Of a DNA stretch of 64,000 nucleotides, positions 31,502 to 47,448 are shown piece after piece (position 1 is the stretch's first letter; every line of letters begins with the position of its first letter). Source of the stretch: the human T2T-CHM13v2.0 reference genome, Homo sapiens. The notes beneath the pieces were generated by a model. It made no database searches. It was not told the DNA's origin and saw only the letters and a program-made list of their open reading frames with translations. The stretch is from the NCBI RefSeq assembly GCF_009914755.1, contig NC_060926.1. One strand, written 5' to 3'. Position numbers and translations under genes: made by a program.

Positions 31502-32702
31502 TCAGCTCTTTCTGAGCTAGTTTCTTTACCACTCTGATCCTCTAAGTCTGTAAGTCTTCATCTGTAGAACATTAATAATAATGCCAACATCATAGGGTTA
31601 TTGTGAGAAATTCCTGCCTGAATACATCTGAAATGCCTAACTCAACTCCTGCCAGGTAGAACACAGTAAGAAGGGGCTCTCCGAATCATCCTTTAGGAAC
31701 GAAGACCCCCATCTTTAGGAAGCCCACAGTGGCAGGGGCAGTCACTGTAGAGGAAGTTGGCAGCAAGGACAGTAGCATCACTTCCACCCCTCCTACCACA
31801 TCAGGTGCTTTTTTCTCTACCAAAAAGTGTTCACAAGAAAAATTTCTGATATAATTCTGAGGGTATACTCAATGTATGGACTTAGGAGTAATTGCTATTC
31901 TCAGAGATATTTATATTTGAATGAGTGGAAACCAAAAGAATGACATGAAATTAAAAATGACATAAAAAATAAAAACCCAATATGGAATTTCAGGCATCAA
32001 TGAAACAAATAGCCAAGGTACCCTGTAAATTCATGTCTAATATTTCTAATTGTTTGCCTATTGTGGCTATCTTGGTTAGGAATTAATTCATTACAAAGAA
32101 CAGAAAACTACACATGTGATATCAAGAAAAAAAATCAAGGCAAGGGATTTTTTAGGAGGAATCTATGATATCTCATACAAACCAAGGGCAGGACACATTT
32201 CTCTACTCATATCTGTTTAATTTTTTCTTTATGGAATCTGTTCTCAGTTTTTCTTGGCAAATGGGCCAAAGATGATCATCCCTGTCCAGGAGTATTTTAA
32301 GAGACTCTGGGAGAGTCATTTTTGGGAGTTTGTACCTCTCTCCTTCCATCTGCCACCTTGTAACAAAGCTTTCTGCCTTAGGTCACCAACTATCTGCTAT
32401 AGTAGTTGAAGCCCATCTGCCTTAAATGTAAGACAGGCAATCTCAACTGAGACTAAATATTACATCCATTTTTGGCATACACTATCATCTTCCTGGGAAA
32501 TAAGCCACAAGACTTTATTTCTCTTAAGCTAGTGTCCTCTTTTTACACACTTGGCGTGGGGAGTGGTGTTAATTTTTTGTTTTACTCATACTATGTGGGT
32601 GTGTTCTCTGTAAAGATACGTTTATCTGTATTTGTATCTACATCTGTGTCTACACCTGTATCTGTATCTATATCTAGATCTATGTCTATCTATCTGTAGA
32701 TC

Positions 32703-33138
32703 TGATGCAGGATTTTTTGCTTGTTAGTTGAGCTAAATCCGGGTTCTTGTCTCAAACCAGGAAAAATTAGGCATGTGGACACATTGACAGGTGAGGAGGA
32801 TGGAATTTATTAAGCGAAAGGAAAGCTGTCAGCAAAGAGAGGGGTCCTGGACACAGGTTTCCATCTCACAAATTGAATACCAGGCCACCACACACAAGCT
32901 GGAGGCCAGGCTCTTCCCCTGCATAAGGAGCGAATTTTTGGTGGCTCTACCCTGTCTTTCCAATGTGCCTGCAGGCCCTTAGTCTGAGCCACTGTACACT
33001 GCATGTGTTAAGGGATGAAATTTTTCACCATGGGCATGTTTAGGCAAAACCCTGGTGCACAATGACCTGGGCAGGTCAGAGGTTCTCCAGGGACACCCCT
33101 TATCTGCCTAGGCATTTGTCTGTCTCTTGCCACTATCC
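32703..33138 (-). mobile_element. ERV1 MER4-group solo LTR (MER61/MER48/LTR9-like; subfamily uncertain)
   Basis: TGATGCAGGATTTTTTGC...GGGTTCTTGTCTC...TATCTGCCTAGGCATTTGTCTGTCTCTTGCCACTATC; flanks GATC/TATC. Confidence 0.7.
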
Positions 33139-33684
33139 TATCTGCATATTTTAGTTCCAACTCTGGGGCTAGAAAATTAGTCTGTAATCAAAGAACATAC
33201 TTGCTTTCTGTTGCTTCTCAATGCCCAGGGAGACTGACTAGCCTTTGGGTCTGAATGACAATTCACCAGTGCGGCTCATGGGCCCATGTTGGTTCAGGGG
33301 TCATTCTCCATTCTAATTAACCAGGGACAATTAGCAGGGGCAGTGGGACTTAGACTCCTTAGGCATGGAAAGTGAGGAGAGAAGACTGGAAAAGAAATTT
33401 ACAGGAGCATTCTCCAACAACAATAATCCTGCCACCTAGGACATCAGGATTGCATTTTCAGTATACATTACCTGGGGCATTTGTTTAAAATGCAGCTTTC
33501 AGTGCTCCATCTTTTGACGTGTTTGTTGATGTTGAAAAAATTAATATGACACATTTTTACCTGTTGGTAAGGTTCATACTCTTAACCTGGGGTAAATAAA
33601 AAGATATCTGAAATTAATCTTTTCAGTATAAAGAGGCATTTTTAGCAACATTTTCTGAGTGTTTTTGTGGAACTAACAAAATGA

Positions 33685-33970
<286 letters not shown>

Positions 33971-35141
33971 GGAAATTCTTTAAAAAAATGATACATGAGG
34001 TTACACATTTGATTAAAGTGAATCATATAAGAAGTAACCCAAAGCTTAGTTACAGGGTTATTAGGATTTTATTATTCCTGGTAAATATTATTTAAAATTG
34101 AAACCATCTTTCATAAGATATTTTCTTGAAACTTCGAGTTTCCCTTATTGTAACCTAAGAGCAAGAGTGAATTATATCTAGCTGTGGACAATAACCCAAG
34201 TAAGTCTTTCTGGTGGGTACTTTTCAGTGTCATCCTGGTATGACAGCTTGAAAATATTACTTGAAAAACATTACCTGCTTGTTATGAAAGATCCAAAAAA
34301 AAAAAAAAGAATTACTAGCTCTATTTATTTTTGGTTAAGAAATATAGTTATAAAATTAATTATGACCATCACCTACATAAAGAACTAAAGGGATTCAGTA
34401 AAGTCAGTGCTAAAGTTACACATTCATTTGGCAAGATTAAACAATGAAAGATAATCTCACTTTCCAAAATATCAATAAGTTGCCTAAGATCACGCAGCTA
34501 AAAGGTGGTAGAGCCAGAATATAAACCCAGGCCATCTGCTTCCAAAGTCCATTAACTCTTCAGCCCACTAGGCTTTTTCATGCATTTTTTTTCTCTAGAT
34601 CCTCTAAGATCTCTTTCTTAGGAACTATGAAGATCCATTTACAACATTACTAATTATTGAACAAACTTGGATAAATCTAGAGTCAAATCATTTATCCCCT
34701 GAAACATGACACTTGGCTATACTTAGTGGGCCTTTGCCAAGTTGTTTCTCCAAGCCTCAGTCTCATCAACTGAAAAAGATGATAATAATGGGCTCTATCT
34801 CATTAAAATTCTTATAAGGAAATGCATGATATATGTGAAGTGCCTTGCACAGAGGCTGGCAGGTGAGAACCACTCAATAAATCTTAGCTACTACTTATGT
34901 ACTTACAGAAGATAGACATAACTCAGTTAGCAATAAGGTGTTTAATGTGTGCTCTATCACCTTGTGTGTTTTCATTTCTAGATGAATAACAGAGATTTAT
35001 TTAAAAACACCTAGTGATGTCATAGAAACTTTGGATGTAGTTATGATTAACACTATTATTTCCCCTAATAATTTTTCTTATAGCTGTTCCTTTTCCAAGG
35101 ATAACTAGGTAAACTAACAAGGAGACAGATGATGATCATGA

Positions 35142-35188
35142 AGATAGATAAGTAGATAGATAGATAGATAGATAGAGATAGATAATAG
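35142..35188. repeat. (GATA)n tetranucleotide repeat
   Basis: AGATAGATAAGTAGATAGATAGATAGATAGATAG. Confidence 0.9.
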
Positions 35189-35407
35189 ACACAGATGAAA
35201 TAACAAACACATAAATATATAAAAATGAATGCATACAGTACAATTTATAGTCATGCAACTTTTAGTGGAGTGTCTTATGTTTTTCTAGTTGTTTGCACAC
35301 ATATTTTTTTGAATGACAACTTGAATCCTTTTCTAGTTAAAGGAGTATGCATTTCCCTTCTTAAAAAGGAGTGTACATTGTTTCTCTTCTTAAAAAATAC
35401 ATTTAGA

Positions 35408-35723
<316 letters not shown>

Positions 35724-37030
35724 TTAGTATATTTATATATGCAGTCCTGCAACCTTCACCAGACCTACTTTAAATTTATTCTCTGACTGGAGCCTGGACC
35801 CTTCTTACAGCTGAAGAACCTGGAGAAATTTCTGCTTTCTAGAAGGAAGCACTGCTTGGGATACAGAATGTTTAAATGCTGTTACACCTCTCTCAATTTT
35901 TAGTTACTGGCTATTTAACACTTACTTCTCCCTGCTTCTGTGTGCTGTCTTCCTCTCCCCACATGTCTTCTTTGAAGGATTCCTGAGCTGCAACTCCTCC
36001 CCCATCCTCTTCTCCAACATTCTGAGGTGGTTTCCCTATTATTTCCACTGCCAGCCAGCAGATTTTCCACTTGCAGAAAGGAGATGAGAAAAACTGAACC
36101 GTGGTCTAGCCAGCTTGCCTTCCCTGACTAGTTCTTTGTCTGATAGAAGGGAAACTTCTGTCTGCTACAGCATATTATTGCGGAATTGTGCTGTAAACAT
36201 CCTCCTCCAAGCTACACCATACAGAAACGCATCTAATGTTGACTCCAGTCTATGTCCCTTGGTACCTGGGCTGCTTCTTGGCATCACAGGTTGAGTTGAC
36301 AGTGGCTTCCCTTAGTGGGGCTGAAATACATGGCAAAGAGTTGTCATGAGGACCATGTGTTTGGAGAGGGTTGTGTCTGCCTAGGAGTCATAAATGTGAC
36401 ATGTAAGGTCTAAAGTTTCCTAAGAAGTGTTAATATTTAAGAGTAAATCCAGGAATTTGTAAATCAGCGGTTTTGCTTTGAACAGAGCTCCAGCCAGTTG
36501 TGACATTGTTGAGTAAATTGGCAGCCTGTTTGCTGTTGTTTCCTCTTTTTGAAATTTAACCTCTTGGAAAAACAGCAGCCTGGGCTGTTATATGTCTCAA
36601 CACAGACCACCAAAATAGACCACTTAAAATTGTTTTTTGATCTGGAGTACCAGTTCCCCTCTAGCAACTTTCTTTTTCTTCTTTTAAATCATTTTGACAG
36701 GACATCTTTGCTGGGTGCAATTTCTGTGTCCTTTGAAAAGCTGGGGGCAGAGCATTTACGATGGAACATCCACTCTTGGGCGTTTCCTTGAACTCACATT
36801 GCAAAGAAAGAAAGTTCTTCACATTTTCATGCCACGAATGGATACCTTCTTAAAGCCAGTTCCATGATGTTTAATTCCATACTTTTCAAATGTCAGACTT
36901 TTTAATGTTGTTTTCCGAGCACTTGAGGACTTAGAATTAGCTGTGTTTGAATGATTAACAGTGATAGAGGTAATGATTATAGTAATTCAAGCCATTGTTA
37001 TAAATAATATATGTTTAATATATCACAGCT

Positions 37031-37136
37031 TTATCACTTTTACATTACAAACAAAAGCTTACCATTTGTTTCAAAAAGAAAAAAAATTATCATTTTTACA
37101 TTACAAAAAAAGCTTACCATTTGCTTCAAAAGAAAA
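37031..37136 (+). repeat. ~56-bp tandem duplication
   Basis: TTATCA(C/T)TTTTACATTACAAA..AAAGCTTACCATTTG(T/C)TTCAAAA occurs twice. Confidence 0.9.
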
Positions 37137-38874
37137 GTTCATAGGGAAGAAGTAGGCTTTGCAAAGAAATCAGTTCTAGGATATTCACACCCTGAACAAT
37201 ATGATGACTCCTGATATTTCTCTTGGATTAGAATTGATTTGAATCTTCCTTTACCACAAGCAACACACTATGCAACTAGCCAGAACCTACATTTTTGGCT
37301 TCCTTTTTTGTCTCAAATATCAGTTGGTAGAATTCAATAGAAAAGAGATGTTTGAGACACTGAACCATGTTGGTAAAGTACTGTTTTGTTTGGAAATATT
37401 ACAAACTGCTGCTTCAAAGTGCTTAATGAATGGGTATGTGTGTGTTTCTGCATATTTTTAAGGAAACTAGAAGACAGGAAATACAAACCTACACATGAAA
37501 GAACCATGCCAAATTAAGTGCTCTGTCCTTTTTTATAAAGAAATTCTCTGTCAGGAGTTTGCCAAAACCCTATTGCAAATGAACATCACAACTTCTCCTA
37601 AACAAACTGAGAAATTCTGTGAATGGATGCCCAGTGTTTGCATGTGAATTGCCAAGAAATCACTGCCCACGGGATAGAAGTAGGAGAAAAAAAATACATT
37701 GAAATGTCTGTATATGAGTGTACCAACATCCTGCAGTTCAGACCATCAAAGTCATGATGATCCCTCATTTATAAAGCCTTTAAAGAGTAGGCAAACAGTG
37801 GCTCAGATAGAGGAGGAATTTCATAATATCTAGTTTCTCGTGGAAAAAGAAATGGTGTCTCTTTTCCAAAAACCTGGAAAAATATATTTTAACTTATTTT
37901 TCTATCTAGAGTTAATTCAGTTTCATTTGGGGGCTCAGAAGCTAGAAAATTCCAACTATTAGAATAATAATCTTACAGATTTTTATTTTTAAGGCTTAAT
38001 GAGAAAAAAATTGGTAAAATATTTTTAAGCAGAATTTCATTGACCATGCTTGTGATAGGCAGTATGCTAACTGCCTTTAATATTAGCCAATAAACTTAAT
38101 ATTTTGGATCCTTATGAGCTAGGTAACTTAGTTCCCGTTTTATAGCAATTTAATAAATTTTTAAGGAGTTCAGGAAATTTGTCTCAAATTATTTAACTAG
38201 CCAATGGCAGGTCTGGATTTTGAACAAAATTCTGTCTTACTCGAAATCCTGTGTTGCTCTTCATGATTATATTGTAATGATTCCCTTATGTGAATAATAA
38301 GGAAAAGCATAATCTTGCTTGACTCCAAAACGGAAATTAAAAATTCTACTTATGACATAATTTTATCCATGGAACCAAATTAGCATGTATTTGAAAAAAA
38401 ATATTTTATACCTTCTTCTATAATCTCTCGTGCTATTGTGGTGGCATAAATGCTTCTACTATCTTTACCCTTAATCTGACCAGAGGCCTACAAACATCAG
38501 GCATAGATGTGCTGCAACCTGCTTTCCCTTGCTCATGTCAGGCATCACTAGTAGAAAACAGCACGTCTTATAGAGAATAGCCTCAGCCTCATACTTCTCA
38601 TCACAGTGCTCCAGACCAGCATTACCAATAATCTGAGTCTGCACAATCCTCAAAAACATATTTGCCATTAAAGATCCATCTCATTCTGCACACTGTTATC
38701 AGAAGAATTCCCTCAAAATATTGCTTTCATAATTTCATTGTTCTGATCAAAATTAGTCAATGGCTCAATACTGCCTACTACTTATAATCGGGTCCCTTAG
38801 CTCTTCCAGATCTTTCCAAAAGCTTCTTCTGGGCCTTTTCTTCTCTTTTCTTTACTCCTATGCATGGATTTTTA

Positions 38875-39271
<397 letters not shown>

Positions 39272-39745
39272 TCACACCAATAATTTTACAGTCAAATTCC
39301 CAACTATTCAACAAAACTGATTTTATCTTTTCCCAAATCCTCAATATAGTAGAAGTTCTCTAATTTGATGAAAGCAAGACCAGTAGTTGATTTGCCAATC
39401 AGCTACAACAGCAAAAAAAAAAAAAAACAAAAAAAAAAGAAAAAAAATGATCAGAGAAGGAATCTTAACAATGATACATATGCTTTATAAATACTCCAAT
39501 TTAAAATGTTTAAAACTGTACATTATTTCCTTAAGCTTTTGATTCAGGGGCATGTTTTCCTGTGATTAAGAGTCTGCTAATAGGAATCCTACAGCATCTT
39601 GCATACAATTCACCCATAATGCATCCTCCATGATTCCCAGTCTTGGTTTATTTAAAATAGAGCAAGAACCTTCCAAGTATTGTGAGTCTGAAGTCTTCCT
39701 ATAAATTTTTCTGATTTCTGCCCCTAATTTTTAAAAAGTTTTCTT

Positions 39746-40048
<303 letters not shown>

Positions 40049-40515
40049 GTTTTCTTGCAATATTTAATTCATTAGTAATTGTTTTTAGCCATTCGTATTT
40101 AAAAGTCCTCATAATGCAATCAATTTAGTTTTCATACCAAAAAAACCCATACCTCACTTTCTGTACGATATTTCATTGATTTATGTTACATGATTTTAAT
40201 AACAAGTGCCACTCACAGTTTGGAATAAACACACTTGGGCTTCACACTGTTCAAGTGGCTCTAGCAGAGGGGTGCACGCTAGCTCTGAGCAGACAGTATG
40301 CTATGACAAAGGTCAGCGTATTTGATGGGGTGAATGAAGAGCTGAATTTCTTCCAGAGTATTGGTTAAGTGGATGGTGAAGAGAGATTCTTCTCATTTAT
40401 ATTTACAGTCGAGACCGTTACTCGACTTTGATTATATACTGCTTTTTGGGCGATAATTATCTTTCTCATGTAAACTGCTATCGTTGACTCCAGAGACACT
40501 GTTTACAATTCCTTT

Positions 40516-40581
40516 AGGGTCTTCCTCATAGGAAAGCAGGGTCTTCCTCATAGCAAAGCAGGGTCTTCCTCATAGCAAAGC
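40516..40581 (+). repeat. 22-bp minisatellite x3
   Basis: AGGGTCTTCCTCATAG(G/C)AAAGC in three tandem copies. Confidence 0.95.
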
Positions 40582-41804
40582 ACAGCGATATTTTACAGAA
40601 TATATATGTAGTTATATATATAGTATTCATTAAATTTTTTTGGTCCTTACACTCAAATAGCAAGGTAGAAGTGAAGAGGCTTTTTAGAGCTACCTAGAAG
40701 AGAAATACTCCAAAGATTTATAACTTGAAACAATATACCATAATTTGGACTGAGACAATCATACCACAGAAACTTTTAGGAAACTAAGGTTATGGTTCCT
40801 GCATTCAAATGTTGGATACATTACGGATATGATATGGTGTCCAAAGCACAAAATGAATTAGTGGCAACTGGTGTAATTGTTTAAGTAAATACATAAATAA
40901 CATTTTTGCTCTGCTAAAATGTGAATTAAAATAACATTCTAGGAGTTAAAAAATTGAAATAATATTAAATCATAATTGAATTGAAATAATATTCTAGAAG
41001 TTTAAAAATTCTTTAAAACCTTTTTTTAATTGTCTACTTACTGACAAGTCACTCTATCATTTTCAACTTAACAAGAGAGAAGTGGAAAGGCTGGGAGATT
41101 TGTCCAAGGTCACAGATCAAGTGATCTAAACATAGACAACCAACCACAGGGTACCCAAAATGTTCTTACTCAAAAGACTTAATAGCTTTTACCAAAAATA
41201 ACTACTTCAGTCAAAGAGAAAAGGATAATTGCTACTTCCACAGACAACATAAGAAACCAGCATCATTTCAGCCCAGAAAGCAACATTAAATGACCACCCA
41301 CACACCCCATCACATATTTATCTCCTCCAGCTGCAAGACCCTCTTCTCTTTGGCTTCTCATTGACCTAGAAAGAAGAACTAATGAATAAATAAAGTCTAA
41401 AACAGATGCAAAGGCAGTGTCTGCATAAAAAGTACACTGCTGTGGGTAAGCAAAAATGCAATCTCTGGGTCAGCTCTTTCTTGCTTACTACTGCTTTAGT
41501 CAAGAAGTCCAGCCAGCTCTTTGCAGAGACTGTGGTGATGCCACATCTGCCAATGCAAATACCTGGCTGTGCAGAACAGGAAACCTTAGCCAGGCCTCAA
41601 AAAGTCCTCAGCTTAGGCAACAGACAACCTTTGGCTAGCACTAATTTAACTCCTTTTTTTGGTCTGGACAACAAGTGGTTCCTGAGGCAGTCATGATTGA
41701 GCAGATGTGTAGTCGTGTCAGATGCCCACACTTAAAAGAGTGTTCTGGCATGAGTGCTTGAGATTCATTCATTGTAGATGCATTTCTTTAAAACAGAGGT
41801 CAAG

Positions 41805-42147
<343 letters not shown>

Positions 42148-44323
42148 CTATTTAGCTTTTAGATGGACTTTGTGTGCCTGTATGGCTGTCTACTTATTCA
42201 TTTTTTTAAAAAATTTAATTGCCTTTAGATGGGCAGTTGTCAGTTTCTGTGGTGTAAATACTCTAGAGTTTGGGAGAGGTGCAGTATTTCTACCATACAG
42301 ATGTCATAGAAAGAAACTCAAATGCATATATAGTGGTCAAATAGAGTAACATAATTAGTGATGTGTTTTAAGTGTTACTTTTTTAAAATAAATTTAATTT
42401 CATTGTAAGGTGGTATAATTTAAATTTTTATAATGGTCACGTTTAATAATCAGCTCTCAAAATTCCTGCAAATGTAACACTTGGCCCTTGTGAGTCAGGA
42501 TAAGCCTGCTGCTTCACATGCTTGGATAACATATGACAATAGCAGCCATAGCATATAGTGGTTCAGGCTCTGGAGGGTGAATTTAAATCCCAGCAGTTTC
42601 ATTTACTAGCTGTGTGAGCTTGTACAAACTACTTAACTACACAGAACCTTGAGTTTCTCAGATGGAAAAATAAGTTAATGTTTATTTTGAGAGTTTATAG
42701 TGAGGAATAAATAAAATAGTATATGTGAACGGCTTAGCACTAGATTTGGCACATAATAATCACTCAGTGAAAAATGAACATGTATTTATTTTAACTCTAG
42801 GCAGAAATTACTTCATCAGATTCGTTTTGCTGCTACCTCAAAGACCTAACTGCAGCACCTCAAAGAAATGAGAAATTTCATGAGTAGAGGAAGGAAAGGA
42901 ACCAGGGAGATCAGAAAAGACCAGGATGAAAGGTAAGATGAAGGCACTGAGAAAGAATGAGAATAAAATAGCATCAAAGATACAGAATTAGAATAAGAGA
43001 GAGTAAAAAACGCTGTTGCTTCTCCTTGTGCAAACCATGTCTATCCTATCCATTAGAGGTTCATTCTCAATTTCTCACAAAGGTTGTATAATCAATCTCT
43101 GCATGAATTACCAAAATCATTTCTTGAAAGTACAGCACCAAATACCAAACACTCCCATCCCATCTCTTTGGCTTGAATAATTAATGTTAGACATGGAACC
43201 CACACTCAACCAGTTAGATGCTCTTGTCTTAAAATCTGGAATTCATACCCAGAGACTGAAGTGAGCCAGTGTTGAGTGCTTCCAGTTGGGCAGCTCTGAC
43301 TGGCCATAAGCAAATGAGGAAAGAAAGCCAATCTTCAGAGTTGGAGAGAAACAAAGTAACAACACACAGAAATGAACATCCCTTATCCCCATACAGAAGA
43401 AAAGGAAAACAGAAGACAAATGATGACTTTTCTTTCCTGTGAAGCCTGGCTGTATCCTTTAACTTTGTTTCTATGAGATAAGCCATTTTCCTTACCATAA
43501 ACTTCCTTTACCTAACTAAGCAAGCTTGAGTGGATCTCTTTTCCTGATAGCCAAATGATTCTTGACCAGATCATCCCTGCTAGTTCCAAAGTTCTGTGAA
43601 AATATACAAAAATCACAGTATTTGTAAAATACCGAAAGCTTGAAGGCATGTGATTTTAGCTCCCTTGATTTACATATGATCAATGGAGTCCACAGAAATA
43701 AATGACTTGCACAGAGTCCATATTTAACTAGTAATTGAGCTATTCCAAACCTCAGCTTGGCTCAGCTGGGCCCCAGGCAGCGCCATACTCCTCTGCAGTA
43801 AAACGAAAATGGCATGGTTCTAATTTTGGAGTGGCAGCATGTTCAAAATGCCCTGACACTGTTCTCAAAGGCCAAATCCCATTTTCTTTTTGTCTGCTGT
43901 TTCACTTTATGAATAACGCCAGACCAGAACAGAAGCAGGGAGCTGGTCTACTGAAAGACAAGGTTAAAACAAGGGCTTTGAGGTCAGATCAACCTGTGTT
44001 CAAATCCTCACTCTTTCCCTGACAGGCTGTTTGACTATGGGCAAGAGCCATGACTGCTCCAAGCCCCAGTTCATCTTTGAAAAATGGAGATCAATAAAGT
44101 TATCTAATTAATTTTTGTTGGAGGATTAAATAATATAATGCATAGAGGTCCCTCAATGTAGTGAACATTCACTGAATGTTAAATTGTTCTTGATCTTAGT
44201 ATTGTCAGTGATAATTGGTCAGGCAGGGGTCAAGAATCAATTCCAGTGGGTATTTTCGCCTTGAGGCTGCAAAGACTTCTTTCCTCAATGTAAGTTTATA
44301 TCATCAGTACCAACATCTACATG

Positions 44324-44655
44324 TTTTTTTTTGTTGTTGTTTGTTTTTTTTTTTTTTTGTTGTTGTTGAGATGGAATCTCACTCTGTTGCCCAGGCTGAA
44401 GTGCAGTGGTGCTATCTAGGCTCACTGCAAGCTCCGCCTCCCGGGTTCACGCCATTCTCCTGCCTTAGCCTCCTGAGTAGCTGGGACTACAGGTGCCCAC
44501 CACCACACCTAATTTTTTTTTTTTTTTTTGTATTTTTAGTAGAGATGGGGTTTCACTGCATTAGCCAGGATGGTCTCGATCTCCTGACCTCGTAATCTGC
44601 CTGCCTAGGCCTCCCAAAGTGCTGGGATTACAGGCGTGAGCCCCTGCGCCTGGCC
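44324..44655 (-). mobile_element. AluY-like
   Basis: Reverse-complement Alu with an extended middle T-run; flanks ACATGT. Confidence 0.95.
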
Positions 44656-45111
44656 TACACATGTATCTTTCTACCTGTTACCAACTGGCCCTTCAAATAT
44701 ACTTACCACACCGTTTCTTAAGGATGTGAATGACTTCAGTCGAGAATATCATTGGGATTTAATGTGCTTTGAAAATGGAAACTTTTACACTCAGTGATTA
44801 AAAATTTGGCACTTAATGTAATAAATCGTGAATGTTAACAGTCAGCATTAAAACACACAATACCTATTCTGGAGCTTCTATAAGGCACAGCTAACAATAA
44901 TCACCAGCCTAGCAGTTCAAATCAGGAAATACTGTGTAAGCACAGCTACACTTCATTAATGCAGAAGAACTAAACTGTTTTCAGCTAGAAGGAATGTATA
45001 ATGCAACATAATTAAGTGGAGATTGATCCACCTACAAACTTTAATTGACATTATTACAGCCTTGAAATTCCGCGAAGCAGTGTTTATTAGCAAGATCAAG
45101 GTAATCGAGGG

Positions 45112-45305
45112 CAGTGATTCTCAAGCTCTTATGGCATAAGGATCAACACGAGGACCTTATAAAAAGTATCTTTTCCCAAATCTCCCCTCAAGAAATTCAA
45201 ATTCAGTGATTCTGTAGTGCTGACCAATTACTTATATTTTTATCAAACTCTGCAGGTAATTATAATCCAAATAATCTTGGTAGAACTCACTTTGAGAAAC
45301 ACTGA
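45112..45305. mobile_element. MER5-like hAT MITE
   Basis: Terminal inverted repeats CAGTGATTCTCAA ... TTTGAGAAACACTG, about 190 bp apart. Confidence 0.75.
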
Positions 45306-46128
45306 TCTAGAACCTCAGATTGAGTAACATTTCGCATAGGAAGGAAGAAAAGGCTTTGCGAAAGAGAGCTCTTCTCAGCAGCCTGGGATGGAATGCAGAT
45401 CTAAGCCTTGAAGAAAGAAAAAAACCTAAACAACTCAAATTAGGCAGGTATTTTCAATTAGTTGTATCTTGACTCTCACTGAACCTTAGAGGGTAGGTTC
45501 TGTGGAAACACCAGGTGTTAGTGTTAGTTCAGTCTGTCCCAAGGGAATACAATGTCTCATGTGAAACAGCAGAAGGATAAAGGAATCCCAGTTTCAATAA
45601 ATCATGCAGTGGACAAGAGAGCTATTTTTTCAATAATCTGTAGATATAAATAATCAAACATACATTTCTGCAATAATGATTACCAAGTACTTATTTTAAT
45701 AACATCTCAGAAATGAAAGGATTCCAAATTCCAGTGGTAATACATTTCATGTGATACACTGTTGTTGAGTCTACCCAAGTCAAGGGAAGCAGCAGTAAAG
45801 CTTTCTACAATAGTGGTTGGACTGGTGCTGGGGCATTAGAATTGTAATCTCATCCCTAAAACAACTAACTCTGCAATTTGAGGGAAGTCGTTTCACCACT
45901 CTGAATCTCAGAGTGTACTTGATATCTTGAAAGTTCCCTTCTGTTCCAGTGTTCTGCAATAAAGTGCCTACTATGAGCTATGCACTGGAGCTAAGCACTC
46001 CACTTAGAAATGAACCTATTTAATCCTCACAATCACCCGATGAAGTATGTGCCCATACGTTAAACAATCTCCCTTTATAGACGAGCATAGTGAAGCAAAA
46101 CAAGGTTAAGTAGCCTGTCCAAGGTCAT

Positions 46129-46553
46129 TGTGATGGTTTATCTTATATGCCAACTTGACTGGGGTACAATACCCAGATATTTGGTTAAACTTTCTGGATG
46201 TTTCCATGAGGGTGTTTTTGGATGAGATTTATATTTAAATCGGTGGACTTCTAGTAAAACAGATTGCTCCCATAATGTGGGTGAGCCTCGGCCAGTCAAT
46301 TGGAAGGAAGCCTCAATAGCATAAAAGACTGCCATCCCCAGAGTAAGAGGGAATTCTGCCCGCAAACTGCTTATGAACTCCAACTGCAGTTCTCTCCTGA
46401 GTTACCAGCCTGCATCCTCCTCCATCAGATTTTGGACTCATCAAGCCTCCACAATCATGTGAGCCAATATCTTAACATAAATCTCTTTTCACACACTCTC
46501 TCTCTCTGTAAATCCAGTTGGTTCTGTTTCTCTGGAGAACCCTGACAAAAACA
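46129..46553 (+). mobile_element. MLT2 (ERVL) solo LTR inserted in a MIR
   Basis: TGTGATGGTTTATCTTATATGCCAACTTGACTGGG...TCTCTGGAGAACCCTGAC..ACA; TSD GTCA(T/C). The MIR text AAGGTCA|CACAG continues across the insertion. Confidence 0.85.
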
Positions 46554-47448
46554 GTCACACAGTAGTATGGCGGTGGAGCCAGGTTTGGTCCCAGGCAGGC
46601 TAACTCTGCAGGTGGAAGATGAGGACTATTCCATGCTTCCAGAGGTTAGCCAAGCATCCCTTTTAAGAATTCAGATGCTCCAGTGAATATAGACTACTAA
46701 ATAGTATTTGTTCTTAATGGTTTTTCTCTGGCTGTCTGCACTGATGACGTCATTCAATTGGGCATAATAAACTAATGCAAGCAGTGATTTGGAAGAATTT
46801 AACATCATCCAAGTTTGATTACAGTAAATTATGTGTTCGGGGCACATCTCTATCTTTCAGAGTTAAATGTAGGAAGTAACTACTTTCTTACAAAAAGTCC
46901 CTTGTTGAAAGAGGAAAAAAACTTTCTAGATATAAGGTAGTCTGACTTAGTGCGGCAGTTTTTCTCTTCTTAAATGTTTACCTTTCTCTCCACTTAGTAG
47001 ACGCTGTTTTGAAAGTCTTCCAATTCCTGTTTGTAGTGGGTAGATTTTAAAATACCATCACTTTAAAATCTTATCTATTTTATTTCTATTTAATTAAATG
47101 ATAGTAGGCTCTTTTGCTTCCTTTGTAATGTGTACATATATGTCAATACTCACTTTCCTTCTCAAGATCCCAATTTAATCCTTGACCCTTAGATAAAGGT
47201 GACCCTAGAAGCATGGCCATAAACTACCTCAAGAATGGACATCTTCAACCAAGTCAATTAGCAGCAACTGTCCAAATATCTGGTAAGAAGGAAAAAAAGC
47301 TAAAGATATCCTGCATTGTTTTTTTTTGTTGTTGTTGTTGTTTTGTTTTTTGTTTTGTTTTGTTGTTTTTTGTCTGTTTGGTTTTTTTTACTAGAAGTTA
47401 GTTTTGGAATCCTACAGAGACGTCAACAAAGATTTAAGAGTCAAGAGA

